DNA of 64,000 bases from Strigamia acuminata (taxonomy: Eukaryota): positions 9,052,001-9,116,000 of the forward strand of contig OX442314.1 in assembly GCA_949358305.1 (NCBI GenBank), in the 5' to 3' direction. Below are positions 26,645 through 40,764 of the stretch, piece by piece. The notes under the pieces are model-generated. The model was not told where the DNA came from and did not search any database. It worked only from the letters and a program-made list of their open reading frames with translations. Position 1 is the first letter of the stretch. Each line of letters opens with the position of its first letter. The translations under genes and the position numbers were made by a program.

Positions 26645-29630
26645 CGTTTTCGGCCCGTTACGGCCAAGGACCGTAACGGGTCGAAAACGGGCCGCAACGG
26701 GTCGAAAACGGCCGCAACGGGTCGAAAACGGCCCGCACGGGCCGTTAACGGGCCGCCGACGGTCCCGTCACGATCCCGTAACGGCTCGCACGGGCCGTTA
26801 ACGGGCCGCCGACGGTCCCGTCACGATCCCGTAACGGCCCGCATGGAATCGTACGGGCCGTTAACGGGCCGCCGACGGTCCCGTCACGGTCCCGTCACGA
26901 TCCCGTAACGGCCCGTACAAGCCGTTAACGGGCCGCCGACGGTCCCGTCACGATCCCGTCACGGCCCGTGCGGGCCGTTAACGGGCTGCCGACGGTCCCG
27001 TCACGATCCCGTCACGGCTCGTGCGGGCCGTTAACGGGCCGCCGACGGTCCCGTCACGATCCCGTCACGGCCCGTGCGGGCCGTTAACGGGCTGCCGACG
27101 GTCCCGTCACGATCCCGTCAACGGCCCGCATGGAGTCGTACGGGCCGTTAACGGGCTGCCGACGGTCCCGTCACGATCCCGTCACGGCTCGTGCGGGCCG
27201 TTAACGGGCCGCCGACGGTCCCGTCACGATCCCGTCACGGCCCGTGCGGGCCGTTAACGGGCTGCCGACGGTCCCGTCACGATCCCGTCAACGGCCCGCA
27301 TGGAGTCGTACGGGCCGTTAACGGGCTGCCGACGGTCCCGTCACGATCCCGTCACGGCTCGTGCGGGCCGTTAACGGGCCGCCGACGGTCCCGTCACGAT
27401 CCCGTCACGGCCCGTGCGGGCCGTTAACGGGCTGCCGACGGTCCCGTCACGATCCCGTCAACGGCCCGCATGGAGTCGTACGGGCCGTTAACGGGCTGCC
27501 GACGGTCCCGTCACGATCCCGTCACGGCCTGTGCGGGCCGTTAACGGGCCGTTAACGGGCCGTTAACGGCCCGTTAACGGCGTAAAACCAAAAACAGGAT
27601 TCGAGATTAATGTCTATGAATGTTGTACGCGTTTTCACGTACGTGTTGTCGGTTGTTGATTTTTTCGATTTACGCCGTAACGGCCCGTTAACGGCCCGTT
27701 AACGGCCCGTCAACGGCCCGTCAACGGCCCGCAACGGCCCGCACGGGCCGTTAACGGGCCGTCGACGATCCCGTCACGATCCCGCAACGGCCCGCACGGG
27801 CCGTTAACGGGCCGCTGACGGTCCCGTCACGATCCCGTCACGGCCTTCGTTCCCGGACTTCGGCTCGCCGACGGCCCGTACGACCTCACGCGGGCCGTTA
27901 ACGGGCCGTTAACGGCCCGTTAACGGCCCGTTAACGGCGTAAAACCAAAAACAGGATTCGAGATTAATGTCTATGAATGTTGTACGCGTTTTCATGTACG
28001 TGTTGTCGGTTGTTGATTTTTTCGATTCACGCCGTAACGGCCCGTTAACGGCCCGTTAACGGCCCGTCAACGGCCCGTCAACGGCCCGCAACGGCCCGCA
28101 CGGGCCGTTAACGGGCCGTCGACGATCCCGTCACGATCCCGCAACGGCCCGCACGGGCCGTTAACGGGCCGCTGACGGTCCCGTCACGATCCCGCAACGG
28201 CCCGCACGGGCCGTTAACGGGCCGTCGACGATCCCGTCACGATCCCGCAACGGCCCGCACGGGCCGTTAACGGGCCGCTGACGGTCCCGTCACGATCCCG
28301 TCACGGCCTTCGTTCCCGGACTTCGGCTCGCCGACGGCCCGTACGACCTCACGCGGGCCGTTAACGGGCCGTTAACGGCCCGTTAACGGCCCGTTAACGG
28401 CGTAAAACCAAAAACAGGATTCGAGATTAATGTCTATGAATGTTGTACGCGTTTTCATGTACGTGTTGTCGGTTGTTGATTTTTTCGATTCACGCCGTAA
28501 CGGCCCGTTAACGGCCCGTTAACGGCCCGTCAACGGCCCGTCAACGGCCCGCAACGGCCCGCACGGGCCGTTAACGGGCCGTCGACGATCCCGTCACGAT
28601 CCCGCAACGGCCCGCACGGGCCGTTAACGGGCCGCTGACGGTCCCGTCACGATCCCGCAACGGCCCGCACGGGCCGTTAACGGGCCGTCGACGATCCCGT
28701 CACGATCCCGCAACGGCCCGCACGGGCCGTTAACGGGCCGCTGACGGTCCCGTCACGATCCCGCAACGGCCCGCACGGGCCGTTAACGGGCCGTCGACGG
28801 TCCCGTCACGATCCCGCAACGGCCCGCACGGGCCGTTAACGGCCCGTTAACGGCCCGTTAACGGCCCGTTAACGGGGCAAAACCGAAAACAGGATTCGAG
28901 ATTAATGTCTATGAATGTTGTACGCGTTTTCATGTACGTGTTGTCGGTTGTTGATTTTTTCGATTCACGCCGTAACGGCCCGTTAACGGCCCGTTAACGG
29001 CCCGTCAACGGCCCGTCAACGGCCCGCAACGGCCCGCACGGGCCGTTAACGGGCCGTCGACGATCCCGTCACGATCCCGCAACGGCCCGCACGGGCCGTT
29101 AACGGGCCGCCGACGGTCCCGTCACGGTCCCGTCACGGCGCGTGCGGGCCGTTAACGGGCCGCCGACAGTCCCGTCACGATCCCGTCACGGCCTTCGTTC
29201 CCGGACTTCGGCTCGCCGACGGCCCGTACGACCTCACGCGGGCCGTTAACGGGCCGTTAACGGGCCGTTAACGGCCCGTTAACGGCCCGTTAACGGCGTA
29301 AAACCAAAAACAGGATTCGAGATTAATGTCTATGAATGTTGTACGCGTTTTCACGTACGTGTTGTCGGTTGTTGATTTTTTCGATTTACGCCGTTAACGG
29401 CCCGTTAACGGCCCGTTAACGGCCCGTCAACGGCCCGCATGGAGTCGTACGGGCCGTTAACGGGCCGCCGACGGTCCCGTCACGGTCCCGTCACGGCGCG
29501 TGCGGGCCGTTAACGGGCCGCCAACGGTCCCGTCACGATCCCGTCACGGCCCGTGCGGGCCGTTAACGGGCCGCCGACGGTCCCGTCACGATCCCGTAAC
29601 GGCCCGTTACGGCCAAGGGCCGTAACGGGA
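26645..29630. repeat. Satellite block 5 (5 cores; includes 170-bp sub-repeat)
   Basis: Cores at ~27582, 27939, 28402, 28876, 29298; ORFs recur at 27021/27191/27361. Confidence 0.95.
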
Positions 29631-31499
29631 TAACTGAGAGAGTCGGGTGCGAGACCACGTGACCCGGAGTGTGGTTTTTGGGGGCGAGGGCCGTCCTCCG
29701 ACCGCGCCGTGACGCGCCCCGGGTCGGATCAAGAGGCGACCCGGTCGGAAACCGAACCTCGGGGTTCCTCGGGGCGTGGTTTTTTGGGGACGGGGGGAGG
29801 GGGGGATTGGGTCGCGTGCTCCGACCGCGCCGCAACGCGCCGTGGGTCGGTCACCAACCTTTGTCAATATTTTATAAATTTCCACGGAATTTCAACAATG
29901 TTTTACATAAGTCCGTCAAATCGGGCAGAAATATCCCGTACAATGTCGCTGCAATTCTGTGGAAATTTATCAGATATTGACAAAATTCGGTGACGGGCGG
30001 AAGGGCGATTCCCGGGCGGAAGAGAGAGAGAGAGAGAGAAAGGGGGGACGGCCGGCGCCTACGCCGACGGGGCGCGGAGGGCGAGTGCACTGTTCACGCA
30101 TGTGGGCGCGTGTGGACGCTCGATTTACTGGCGCGTTGGACAAGTCAAAAAAAATTTCCCAATGTCTGACAAAAATTCCATCGAATCACGGCAATATTTG
30201 ACAACACTTGCACAGATTTTTAGCAACATTCACCGGCGAGGTCGTTGATGAACTCGCTTTACCCCGATGAATCTCGCGCGACAACAACCCTGCGAAAATA
30301 CCAAATCTCGTACGAATAATAAACACGGCGCAAACCGCACAAAAATCCACGACATAAAATCGAATGTCGTCTATCGGCACTCTCAGCATTCCCCCGGACA
30401 TTTTCCGGAAGAGTTTGGTCCGGCCGGAATCCGAGGAATAGTCACTCCCAAAGTGCGGATTTTGCGGGTGCACTCGCTTCCGAAGGATAGGCAAAGCAGG
30501 CGTGCGGACGCGACGCCCGGACGCGGCCGGACGGGGACCAGTCGGCGCTTAACCTTGGGGTATGTGTGCGGATTTTGTCGGGGGCGAAAGGGTCCCGCTT
30601 TTTAACATTACGGCGGCCTATACGTTGTTTCGTTGATCGCGACTGTGATGCGGAATTTGCGGATGTTGTTTTGGCCGAGTAGTTCGTGCGACCGAGCGCG
30701 TTTTGTTCGTTGCTTTTCGGTGTTCGGTGGGTTTTGTGACCGGTCAAGGGTTTCGCTAAAACGTGGTTTTTGTGACGGGAGGGAGGGGGGATCGGTTCAT
30801 GTGCTCCGAACGCGCCGCGACGCGCCGTGACTTGGGCCAAAAACGACCCGGTCGGAAACCGGGTCCCGGGCTTCGTCGAGGCGTGGTTTTTGAGAACGGG
30901 GGGAGGGGGGGATCGGGTCGCGTGCTCCGAAAGCGCCGCGACGCGCCGTGACTTGGGCCAAAAACGACCCGGTCGGAAACCGGGTCCCGGGCTTCGTCGA
31001 GGCGTGGTCCCGATCGGGACAAACTCTTCCGGAAAATGTCCGGTGGAATGTTGAGAGTGTCGATGGACGACGTTCGAGTTTATATCGTAAGTAAGTAAGT
31101 ATCTGACAAAACTTGCACAGAATTTTGTCAACATTTGATAAATTTCCACAGAATTTAACGTTGTTTTGCTAAAACCTGCGGAAACGTGTCTAGTCGGGCA
31201 GAAACGTCTCGTAAAATGTTGCTGAAATTCCGTGGAAATTTGTCAAAAATTGACAAAAGTTGGTGACCGACCCACATCGCGTTGCGGCGCGGTCGGAGCA
31301 CGCGACCCGATCCCCCCCCCCCCCCCTCCCCCCGTCCCCAAAAAACCACGCCTCGAGGAACCCCGAGGTTCGGTTTCCGACCGGGTCGCCTCTTGATCCG
31401 ACTCGGGGCGCGTCACGGCGCGGTCGGAGGACGGCCCTCGCCCCCAAAAACCACACTCCGGGTCACGTGGTCTCGCACTCGACTTTTTCAGTTTTCCCG

Positions 31500-32310
31500 T
31501 TTTCGGCCCGTTACGGCCAAGGACCGTAACGGGTCGAAAACGGGCCGCAACGGGTCGAAAACGGCCGCAACGGGTCGAAAACGGCCCGCACGGGCCGTTA
31601 ACGGGCCGCCGACGGTCCCGTCACAATCCCGTAACGGCTCGCACGGGCCGTTAACGGGCCGCCGACGGTCCCGTCACGATCCCGTAACGGCTCGCACGGG
31701 CCGTTAACGGGCCGCCGACGGTTCCGTAACTATCCCGTAACGGCCCGCACGGGCCGTTAACGGGCCGCCGACGATCCCGTCACGACCCCGTAACGGCCCG
31801 TACGACCTCATGCGGGCCGTTAACGGGCCGTTAACGGGCCGTTAACGGCCCGTTAACGGCGTAAAACCAAAAACAGGATTCGAGATTAATGTCTATGAAT
31901 GTTGTACGCGTTTTCATGTACGTGTTGTCGGTTGTTGATTTTTTCGATTTACACCGTCACGGCCCGTTAACGGCCCGTTAACGGCCCGTTAACGGCCCGT
32001 TACGATCCCGTAACGGCCCGCACGGGCCGTTAACGGGCCGCCGACGGTCCCGTCACGATCCCGTAACGGCCCGCACGGGCCGTTAACGGGCCGCCGACGG
32101 TCCCGTCACGGTCCCGTAACGGCTCGCACGGGCCGTTAACGGGCCGCCGACGGTCCCGTCACGGTCCCGTAACGGCCTTCGTTCCCGGACTTCGGCTCGC
32201 CGACGGCCCGTGCGACCTCATGCGGGCCGCTAACGGGCCGTCAACGGGCCGTTAACGGCCCGTTTTCGACCCGCTACGGCCCGTCACGGCCTGTTGGCCG
32301 TGCGACCCGT
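31500..32310. repeat. Satellite block 6 (1 core)
   Basis: Core at ~31861. Confidence 0.95.
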
Positions 32311-35300
32311 GACTCGGAGTGTGGTTTTTGGGGACGAGGGCCGTCCTCCGGCCGCGCCGCGACGCGCCGCGGGTCGGACAAGAAACGACCCGGTCGGAAA
32401 CCGAACCTCAGTGTCCAATCGGGCAGAAATTGTGCGAAAGTTTAACCAAAAATGGCCAAAAGTCGGTGCAAGTTTTGCACGCAACAAACGTCCGATGTGA
32501 CAGTGCCCATGCGGGTTGGACGTGCATGTGGGCGCGTGTGGGCGCTCGATTTACCGGCCCGTTGGACGAGTTAAACCAAAATTTCCCAATATCTTGCATA
32601 AATTTAAAGAAGATTTGACAGATTTCCAGATTTTAAGCGATGTTTTACATAAGTCCGTCCCATTGCTGAAATTCCGTGAAAATTTGTCAAAAATTGACAA
32701 AAGTCTGTGCAAATTTAGTCAGAAATAGGAAACAAAAAATTTAAAATTCGTCCAACGCGCCAGTAAATCGAGCGCGCCCATGGACAGTGCGCCGGCGGGA
32801 GCCCCGGCCGTCCTCTCTCTCTCTCTCTCTCGGCCGCCAAGGCTCGCCCCTCCGCCCGTCGGCGGGAGCCCCGACCGTCCCCCCTCTCTCTTTCGGCCGC
32901 CAAAGGATCGCCCCTCCGCTCGTCACAGATTTTTGTCAATATTTGATGAATTTCAACAGATTTTCAGCAATATTTTACAGGACATTTCTGCTCTTTTGGA
33001 TACATTTTCAAAGGTTTTATTGCTAAAATTCTGGGGAAATTTATCAAATATTGACAAAAAATCGATGCAAGTTTTGTCAGAAATTGATAAAATCTTCTTA
33101 AACTCGTCCAACGCGCCGGCGAGTGCACATGCGGGGACAGTGGGCACGTCCAGCCCGCGTGCACACTGTCAGATCGGGCGGTTTCGGGCACAGTTTGATC
33201 CGGGCAAATATCTAGCAAAACTTGCACCGATTTTTTGTCAATTTTAGACAAATTTCAGCGATATTTTACGAGACATTTCTGCTCGATTGGACACATTTCC
33301 AGGGGTTTTTTGTAAAACATTGATAAAATTCCGTGGAAATTTATCAAATATTGGCAAAATTCGGTGCTAATTTTGTCAAAAATTAGGAAAAAAAAAATTT
33401 TCAAAACTTGTCCAACGTGCCGGTAAATCGAGCGCCCACATGCCTAGATAGTGCACGCCCAACCCGCCAAGGCTCGCCCCTCCGCCCGTCGGCGGGAGCC
33501 CCGGCCGTCCCCTCTCTCTCTCTTTCTCTCTCTCTCTCGGGCGCCCGGAGCTCGCCCCTCCGCCCGTCACCGACTTTTGACACAATTTTTGATGAAATTC
33601 AACGGAATTTTAGCAACGTTTTACAAAAAACCTGTGGAAATGTGTCCAACCGGGCAGAAATGTGTCGTAAAATGTTGCCGAAATTCTGTGAAAATTTGTC
33701 ACAAATTGCCAAAAGTCGGTGCAAGTATTGCTAGATTTGGGCGCATCAAACTGTGCCGAGATCTGACAGTGTCCACGCGGTTTTGAAGCGCCCACTGTCG
33801 ACGCACGTGGGCGCTCAATTTACCGGCGCGTTGGACGAGTTTTGAAAAAAGTTTTTTCCTAATTTCTGACAAAACTTGCACCGAATTTTGTCAATATGTG
33901 ATAAATTTCCATGGATTTTAAGCAATGTTTTACAGAAGTCCGTCCCATCGGGCAGAAATGTCTCGTAAAATGTCGCTGAAATTCTGTGGAAATTTGTTAA
34001 AAAATTCCCACAAGTCGGTGCAACTTTTGCACGCATCAAACTGTGCCCCGAGAGTCCACGCGTGTGCCCGATCTGACAGTGTCCACGCGGGTTGGACGTG
34101 CGCATGTGGGCGCGCGATTTACTGGCCTCCAACTCATCAATTAAAGCTCTCATGCAGCGCAACGAATCATCTGAAGAGCGCTAGTGAATTCAAAAAATGG
34201 CGACAGAAAAATTAAAAACACGTCTAATTTATTCGACTCAAGAACACGAACTAAATTGTCCAGATACTAGTCTACAATAGAAAATGCGGGAGTGCAACAA
34301 TTGAAATTGCACGCGCTCAAAACAATTAGCAAAATAAAATCATATAAAACATCGAGACTGACGTAACTAGAATCACACGATCGTCGACGAGAGTCCACGC
34401 ATGTGCGTGCGCGATGTACTCGTGTGGCCACGTGTTAAACGTGGGCACGACGCGCAAGAACCGTACACACCGAGTCAAGGAACCACTAAAAAGACAAAAC
34501 GAATTAAACACATGTCTAATGCAAAAACAATTAACAATAAAACTGTGCCCGAAACCGCCCGATCTGACAATGTCCACGCGGGTTGGACGTGTAAAACATC
34601 GCTTAAAATCTGTGGAAATCAGTCAAATGTTCTTAAAAATCGGTGCAAGTTATGCAAAATATTGGGAAAATTTTGTTTAACTCGTCCAACGCGCCGGTAA
34701 ATCGAGCGCCCACACGTGCCCACATGCGTGAACAGTGCACTCGCCCTCTCGCCCCGTCGGCGTAGGCGCCGGCCGTCCGCCCTCTCTCTCTCTCTCTCTC
34801 TTCCGCTCGGGAATCGCCCTTCCGCCCGTCACCGAATTTTGTCAATATCTGATAAATTTCTACAGAATTGCAGCAACATTATACGGGATATTTCTGCCCT
34901 TTTGGATGGGGCTTCTGTAAAACATTGCTTAAAATCTGTGTAAATTTATTAAATGTCGTTAAAAATCGTTGCAAGTTTTGTCAGATTTTGGAGAATTTTT
35001 TTAGAACTCGTCCAACGCGCCAGTAAATCACGCGCCCACGTGCGTGGACAGTGCGCCCCGCGTGGACACTGTCAGGTCGGGCACACTCGTGGACTCTCGG
35101 GGCACACGGTTTGATGCGTCCAAAAAAATTGCACCGACTTTTGACAATTTGTGATAAATTTCCAAGTAATTTCAGCAATATTTTGCGAGACATTTCTGCC
35201 CGATTGGATACATTTCCACAGGTTTTTGTAAAACATTGCTAAAATTCGGTGGAAATCTATCAAATGTTGCCACAATTCGGTGCAAGTTTTGCGAGATTTG

Positions 35301-35699
35301 CTCGCATCAAACTGTGCCCGAAAATGCCCGACTTGACAGTGTCCACGCGGGTTGGACGCGCCCAGCACTGTCCAAGCACGTGGGCGCGTGTGGGCGCTCG
35401 ATTTATCGGCGCGTTGGACTAGTTTTAAAAAAATTTTCCCAATTTCTGACAAAATTCGCACCGAATTTTTGCAATTTTTGATAAATTAACACAGAATTTC
35501 AGCAATGTTTTAAACAAGTCCGTCCAATCGGGCAGAAATGTCTCGTAAAATGTTGCTGAAATTCCGTGAAAATCTGTCAAAAATTGACAAAAGTTGGTGA
35601 CCGACCCGCGGCGCGTCACGGCGCGGTCGGAGGACGGCCCTCGTCCCCAAAAACCACACTCCGGGTCACGTGGTCTCGCACTCGACTTTTTCAGTTTTC

Positions 35700-36480
35700 C
35701 CGTTTTCGGCCCGTTACGGCCAAGGACCGTAACGGGTCGAAAACGGGCCGCAACGGGTCGAAAACGGCCGCAACGGGTCGAAAACGGCCCGCACGGGCCG
35801 TTAACGGGCCGCCGACGGTCCCGTCACAATCCCGTAACGGCTCGCACGGGCCGTTAACGGGCCGCCGACGGTCCCGTCACGATCCCGTAACGGCTCGCAC
35901 GGGCCGTTAACGGGCCGCCGACGGTTCCGTAACTATCCCGTAACGGCCCGCACGGGCCGTTAACGGGCCGCCGACGGTCCCGTCACGACCCCGTAACGGC
36001 CCGTACGACCTCATGCGGGCCGTTAACGGGCCGTTAACGGGCCGTTAACGGCCCGTTAACGGCGTAAAACCAAAAACAGGATTCGAGATTAATGTCTATG
36101 AATGTTGTACGCGTTTTCATGTACGTGTTGTCGGTTGTTGATTTTTTCGATTTACACCGTCACGGCCCGTTAACGGCCCGTTAACGGCCCGTTAACGGCC
36201 CGTCAACGGCCCGCATGGGGTCGTACGGGCCGTTAACGGGCCGCCGACGGTCCCGTCACGATCCCGTAACGGCCCGCACGGGCCGTTAACGGGCCGCCGA
36301 CGGTCCCGTCACGGTCCCGTAACGGCCTTCGTTCCCGGACTTCGGCTCGCCGACGGCCCGTGCGACCTCATGCGGGCCGCTAACGGGCCGTCAACGGGCC
36401 GTTAACGGGCCGTCAACGGGCCGTTAACGGCCCGTTTTCGACCCGCTACGGCCCGTCACGGCCTGTTGGCCGTGCGACCC
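35700..36480. repeat. Satellite block 7 (1 core)
   Basis: Core at ~36064. Confidence 0.95.
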
Positions 36481-39364
36481 GAAAACGGGAAAACTGAAAG
36501 AGTCGAGTGCGAGACCACGTGACTCGGAGTGTGGTTTTTGGGGACGAGGGCCGTCCTCCGGCCGCGCCGCGACGCGCCGCGGGTCGGACAAGAAACGACC
36601 CGGTCGGAAACCGAACCTCAGTGTCCAATCGGGCAGAAATTGTGCGGAAGTTTAACCAAAAATGGCCAAAAGTCGGTGCAAGTTTTGCACGCAACAAACG
36701 TCCGATGTGACAGTGCCCATGCGGATTGGACGTGCATGTGGGCGCGTGTGGGAGCTCGATTTACTGGCGCGTTGGACGAGTTTTAAAAAAATTCTCCAAA
36801 ATCTGACAAAACTTGCAACGATTTTTAACGACATTTAATTGATTTCCACAGATTTTAAGAACACTGTTTTACAGAAGCCCGTCCAATCGGGCAGAAATGT
36901 CTCGCAAAATATTGCTGAAATTCCGTGGAAATTTATCAAAAATCGTTGCCAGTTTTGTCAGATTTTGGAGAATTTTTTTAGAACTCGTCCAACGCGCCAG
37001 TAAATCACGCGCCCACGTGCGTGGACGATGCGCACGTCCAACCCGCCAAGGCTCGCCCCTACGACCGTCGGCGGGAGCCCCGGCCGTCCTCTCTCTCCCT
37101 CTCGGCCGCCAATGCTCGCCCCTCCGCCCGGGACTCGCCCCGCCGCCAGTCACCGACTTTTGGCAATTTCCTTGCAAACAGCAACGATAATGATGTATTT
37201 ATTGATAATTGTTTTTGCATCGGACATGTGTTTAATTTTAGTGGTTCCTCGACTCAGTTTGTGCGGTTCTTGCGCGTCGTGCGCACGTTCAACACGCGCC
37301 CACGCGAGTATATCGCGTGGACTCTCGTCTCTCTCGTCAGTCTCGATGTTTTGTATGATTTTATTTTGCTAATTGTTTTGAGCGCGTGCAATTTCAATTG
37401 TTGCACCACACACGCATTTTCTATTGTACACCAGTGTTCCTATGTCGAATAAATTAGACTTGTTTTTAATTTCTCTGTCGCCATTGTTTGAATTCACTGC
37501 GCTGCACGAGAGCTTCAATTTATGAGTTGGACCGCTTTTTATACAAATTATGTGGGAATTTTGCTCGATTCATGCGCGGTTCTTTCTTAAGCGTCGGGCA
37601 AGTTTTGTCAGATATTGCAAAAAGTACATCGCGCGTGCACGGGCGTGCGTGGACGGTGCCCGCGTCCAACGCTCATCGGCGTCCAACTCCTTGTCTACAA
37701 AGAAGGTCGGGGTTTCGGGCATATCCTTTGCCACGACCGCGTCTTGGTTCTCGCCTTCGGTGGTCATCTCCAAGGCGGGAATCAGCCCGGATTTCAACGG
37801 GGTGCTGTCGGTCAGAAAGGGAACGGTCGGTGTTGTTGGGGAGATGTTGGAGCAGTACTAAACGTCATGTTTTGTTCACGTGAAAATGAAATGTGCGTTT
37901 AAAAAGCCTATCGTGCTGCCGGGACGTTTATTAATTTTCCCAGTTTGACATAAGCGAGCGCGCACATGGCGACGGCAATGTCTTTTGTCACCTTTAAATT
38001 CCTTTTTGGTTTCAACTATGTAAGTTACCTTGTTTTATTAAAATAACTGTTAGTTTTGTATATTTGCTAGTTGGTTCATGTTTGGTGCGTTAGATATAAA
38101 CACCAAACCACCGTATTTATGTTTTCTGAGACGTACGACGCGAGTCGCGCTCGTACGCCGACTTCGACACATCGGTAAACCGCCAGCGTGCACCATTTTT
38201 CTCGTGCTCACTCAGACGTGCGCATTACACGCGATATTGCGCACGAACGCGCACACCGCCTCCGCGACACACATCACACACCCGTTTAAACGAGTCTCGG
38301 CGCCTATTTGACCCCAGTGTTTACTTTTTAAAATTGTGGTGTGTTTTCAAAGTTCTTAATTTGTTCAAAAACAAACAAAATGGATATCTGTTGATTTTTA
38401 AATGATTTTGTCGATTTAGTTTTTTGCTGGTTTTTAATCGATTTGTCTGTATTTTTAATCAATTCGAATGATTGACACCATTCTGTGCTTTACTCGTATT
38501 CAAGATGGCGTCGCAAACTCAAGGTCGAATTCCGCTGAATTCATTTATTGCGACTGTTTGCGCTCCATACGTGCGAAAAGGATTATGGGAATAATCCTCA
38601 ATGCAGGCCATTTTGGTGTTAAATGAGCGAGGAAGGCAGGACATAAGGAAAATTGGTGAAATGTAAAAAAAAATGCTAAACAATCAACATTTAAATAAAG
38701 ATCAATATTTCTGGCTCGAAATGCATATATCGGCAATTTCGGGATATTTTCGGGACGAAATTGACTCGTTCGGAACACAGGGGAGGGACTCCCACATTCC
38801 CCATGCGTCGGCGCGTGTGTTTACGAAATACCAAATCCAGGTTTTCATACAACCCCACGTTATTTTCGGGTCAAGAGTTTTTTTATGCGCTGCCGCGCGC
38901 AATCCCCGGGTTGATGAGTTTCGCGGAATCCGACGAGCGAGTGCGATCGTGTCATACCGCTTCTTCTCGTGGCAAAGTAGACACCTTAATTAAACTGGCT
39001 GTTGGCTTTTTTTTTTAAACAAAGTACGAGTCTTTAAGTTGAACGGTTGTTGAGATACACGTAGTAATGTGGACTCGCGACGCGTTGCAACGTGGTCGGA
39101 GAACGGCCCACTTCCCTCCCCCCGACCAGGTTGTCTTTCTCTCTCTTGTCCGACCCACGGCGCGTCGCGGCGCGGCCGGAGGACGTCTCTTTCCCCTCCC
39201 CCAGTCCCAAAAACCACACCTTGAGGAACCCCGAGGTTCGGTTTCCGACCGGGCCGTTTCTCGCCCGACCCACGACGCGCCGCGGCGCGGCCGGAGGACG
39301 GCCCTCGTCCCCAAAAACCACACTCCGGGTCACGTGGTCTCGCACTCGACTTTTTCAGTTTTCC

Positions 39365-39925
39365 CGTTTTCGGCCCGTTACGGCCAAGGACCGTAACGGG
39401 TCGAAAACGGGCCGCAACGGGTCGAAAACGGCCGCAACGGGTCGAAAACGACCCGCACGGGCCGTTAACGGGCCGCCGACGGTCCCGTCACGATCCCGTA
39501 ACGGCCCGCACGGGCCGTTAACGGGCCGCCGACGGGACCGTCACGATCCCGTAACGGCCTTCGTTCCCGGACTTCGGCTCGCCGACGGCCCGTACGACCT
39601 CATGCGGGCCGTTAACGGGCCGTTAACGACCCGTTAACGGCGTAAAACCAAAAACAGGATTCGAGATTAATGTCTATGAATGTTGTACGCGTTTTCATGT
39701 ACGTGTTGTCGGTTGTTGATTTTTTCGATTTACACCGTCACGGCCCGTTAACGGCCCGTTAACGGCCCGTTAACGGCCCGTCAACGGCCCGCATGGGGTC
39801 GTACGGGCCGTTAACGGGCCGCCGACGGTTCCGTCACGATCCCGTAACGGCCCGCACGGGCCGTTAACGGGCCGCCGACGGTCCCGTCACGATCCCGTAA
39901 CGGCCCGTCATGATCCCGTAACGGG
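39365..39925. repeat. Satellite block 8 (1 core)
   Basis: Core at ~39642. Confidence 0.95.
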
Positions 39926-40764
39926 AAAACTGAGAGAGTCGGGTGCGAGACCACGTGACCCGGAGTGTGGTTTTTGGGGGCGAGGGCCGTCCTCCGACCG
40001 CGCCGTGACGCGCCCCGGGTCGGATCAAGAGGCGACCCGGTCGGAAACCGAACTTCGGGGTTCCTCGAGGCGTGGTTTTTTGGGGACGGGGGGAGGGGGG
40101 GATCGGGTCGCGTGCTCCGACCGCGCCGCAACGCGCCGTGGGTCGGTCACCAACCTTTGTCAATATTTTATAAATTTCCACGGAATTTCAGCAATGTTTT
40201 ACATAAGTCCGTCAAATCGGGCAGAAATATCCCGTACAATGTCGCTGCAATTCTGTGGAAATTTATCAGATATTGACAAAATTCGGTGACGGGCGGAAGA
40301 GAGAGAGAGAGAGAGAGGGGGGACGGCCGGCGCCTACGCCGACGGGGCGGGAGGGCGAGTGCACTGTTCACGCATGTGGGCGCGTGTGGACGCTCGATTT
40401 ACTGGCGCGTTGGACAAGTCAAAAAAAATTTCCCAATGTCTGACAAAAATTCCATCGAATCACGGCAATATTTGACAACACTTGCACAGATTTTTAGCAA
40501 CATTCATCGGCGAGGTCGTTGATGAACTCGCTTTACCTCGATGAATCTCGCGCGACAACAACCCTGCGAAAATACCAAATCTCGTACGAATAATAAACAC
40601 GGCGCAAACCGCACAAAAACCCACGACATAAAATCGAATGTCGTCTATCGGCACTCTCAGCATTCCCCCGGACATTTTCCGGAAGAGTTTGGCCCTGCCG
40701 GAATCCGAAGAATAGTCACTCCCAAAGTGCGGATTTTGCGGGTGCACTCGCTTCCGAAGGTTAA

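Larger units (their letters stand above)
17275..30486. mobile_element. Unit 2: end-B to end-A, 13.2 kb
   Basis: TTAA at 17271-17274 + CCTTGGGGTATGTGTGCGGATTTTG; ends CTTCCGAAGG at 30486 followed by ATAG. Confidence 0.65.
10009..40760. mobile_element. Giant non-autonomous piggyBac-like foldback array
   Basis: TTAA (10005-10008) + CCTTCGGAAGCGAGTGCACCCGC and its reverse complement ending 40760 + TTAA (40761-40764); ~870-bp inverted arms; no transposase ORF. Confidence 0.8.
30553..40760. mobile_element. Unit 3: end-B to end-A, 10.2 kb, TTAA on both sides
   Basis: TTAA 30549-30552 + CCTTGGGG; CTTCCGAAGG + TTAA 40761-40764. Confidence 0.7.

Noticed and set aside
10870..39925. CRISPR-like repeat/spacer appearance of satellite and cores
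   Set aside because: Intervening cores are near-identical rather than unique, no cas genes, eukaryotic context
10009..40760. Many 60-235 aa ORFs in the array
   Set aside because: Stop-poor GC-rich repeat translations on both strands; no domain motifs, no DDD transposase
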